From assembly GCA_024137785.1 (NCBI GenBank), contig JAHRHZ010000283.1:16848069-16912068 (forward strand): 64,000 bases of DNA. The letters run 5' to 3'. A model generated the notes under the pieces. The model searched no databases. It saw only the letters and a list, made by a program, of their open reading frames with translations, and was not told where the DNA came from. This document shows positions 62,960 through 64,000 of this stretch, piece after piece. This DNA comes from Ginglymostoma cirratum (taxonomy: Eukaryota). Every line of letters starts with the position of its first letter. The stretch's first letter is position 1. The position numbers and the translations under genes were made by a program.

Positions 62960-64000
62960 GAGAGTGCAGGAGAACATGCCAGGAGTAGCACTAGGCCTAC
63001 TTAAAAATGAGGTGACAACCTGGTGAAGCTACCAAGCAGGGCTGTTTGCCTGTCAAACAGCGTAAACAACAAGTGATAGACAGAGCTGAGCTGACAATGA
63101 GATCTAAGCTCTGCAGTCCTGTAACGTTCAGTCTTAATGGTGGTGGACAATTATGATCAAACTAAGAGGAGAAGGACATTCTACAAATATCTCCATCCTC
63201 AGTGATAAGGTATCCTAACACATGAGTGTAAAAGACAACATTAAAGCATTTGCAACCATTTCCAGTTCGAAATATCGAGCGAGTGATCCATCTTAGAGAA
63301 GAGGCTAGATTCCTAGAATCACAGGTGCCAGTATTCAGTCAGTTCAGAGATAATAGGTACTGCAGATGCTGGAGAATCTGAGATAACAAGGTGTGGAGCT
63401 GGATGAACACAGCAGGCCAAGCAGCATCATAGGAGCAGGAAAGCTTGATGTTTTGGGCCTAGACCCTTCATCAGAAGGGTCCTGTGCTCCTATGATGCTG
63501 CTTGGCCTTCGGTCAGTTCAATCTGTTACAGTTGATTTCAAGATATGGCTGAAGGCACTTGATACTGCAAAGGCTATGAGCCTTGACAGCGTTTTTGCAA
63601 ACGAGCTTAAAACTTATGTTATGAATTTAGTCACATCCTTGTCGAGCTGTTCCAGTACCGGGAGTCATGCCCAGCACAAAGGAAGATGTTTGTGGTTGTT
63701 GGAGGTTAGTACTCTCAGTTCCAGGAGTTGTTTAGAATAATGTCTTAGGCCCAAGCATTCTGAAGTCTTATTAATGATCTTCCCTCCATCATAAAGGGAT
63801 ATTTTTGTTGATGATTGCACAATGTTCATTCTCCGCTTGTCTAATATTGAACCAGTCAGTGCGCACATACAGCAAGAACTGACCAACCTTCGGGCTTGGG
63901 CTGATCAGTGGAAAGTAACATTCTTGAACCTGTGTGACAGGCAATGATTATCCCTAACCAAAAAGATCTAACCATTGACCTTGACAGTCATTGGCATTAT
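62960..64000 (+). mobile_element. CR1/L2-group LINE RT fragment (same family as 40359-43810), runs off window end
   Basis: LKALDTAKAM..D; gttgatgattgcacaatgttc (.DDCTMF); gcttgggctgatcagtggaaagtaacattc (AWADQWKVTF). Confidence 0.82.
63347..63507. mobile_element. Family B Penelope-like element with 13-bp TSD (12/13) inserted in LINE
   Basis: ttcagtcagttca 63334-63346 and ttcggtcagttca 63508-63520; short inverted arm 63481-63507; minus strand CTGATGA-A-GGGTCTAGGCCC-AAAAC-ATC at 63448-63474. Confidence 0.85.

Noticed and set aside
1-64000. Prokaryotic systems (CRISPR array, operons, defence islands)
   Set aside because: No regularly spaced direct repeats and no dense coding; the sequence is vertebrate repeat-rich DNA.

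Overview
Eukaryotic genomic DNA, almost certainly from a cartilaginous fish (shark; the repeat complement suggests a carpet shark, by inference). It is AT-rich, CpG-depleted intronic/intergenic sequence with a 400-N assembly gap at 51957-52356. No complete protein-coding gene is present. The recognisable ORFs are decayed retrotransposon fragments: CR1, a second CR1/L2-group LINE, Rex1/Babar and RTE. Also present are HE1 (V-SINE), DeuSINE/SacSINE-like, LF-SINE-like and other tRNA-derived SINEs, and weak Harbinger and Tx1 remnants. A few isolated splice-site-bounded exon candidates occur on the + strand (a possible terminal coding exon at 2614-2705, non-coding exons at 6468-6699 and 50818-50879); I cannot assign them to a gene. 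The most interesting signal is a set of about a dozen short, ORF-less, often fold-back elements resembling Penelope pseudo-LTRs. Several carry a minimal type-I hammerhead-ribozyme motif (CTGANGA-A-stem II-GAAAC-GTH), three have 13-bp target-site duplications, and one appears nested in the ribozyme core of another. Every copy here has at least one core lesion, so they look like fossils. An RTE copy shows a twin-priming-type 5' inversion. All family names come from recalled consensus motifs rather than database searches, and repeat boundaries are approximate.
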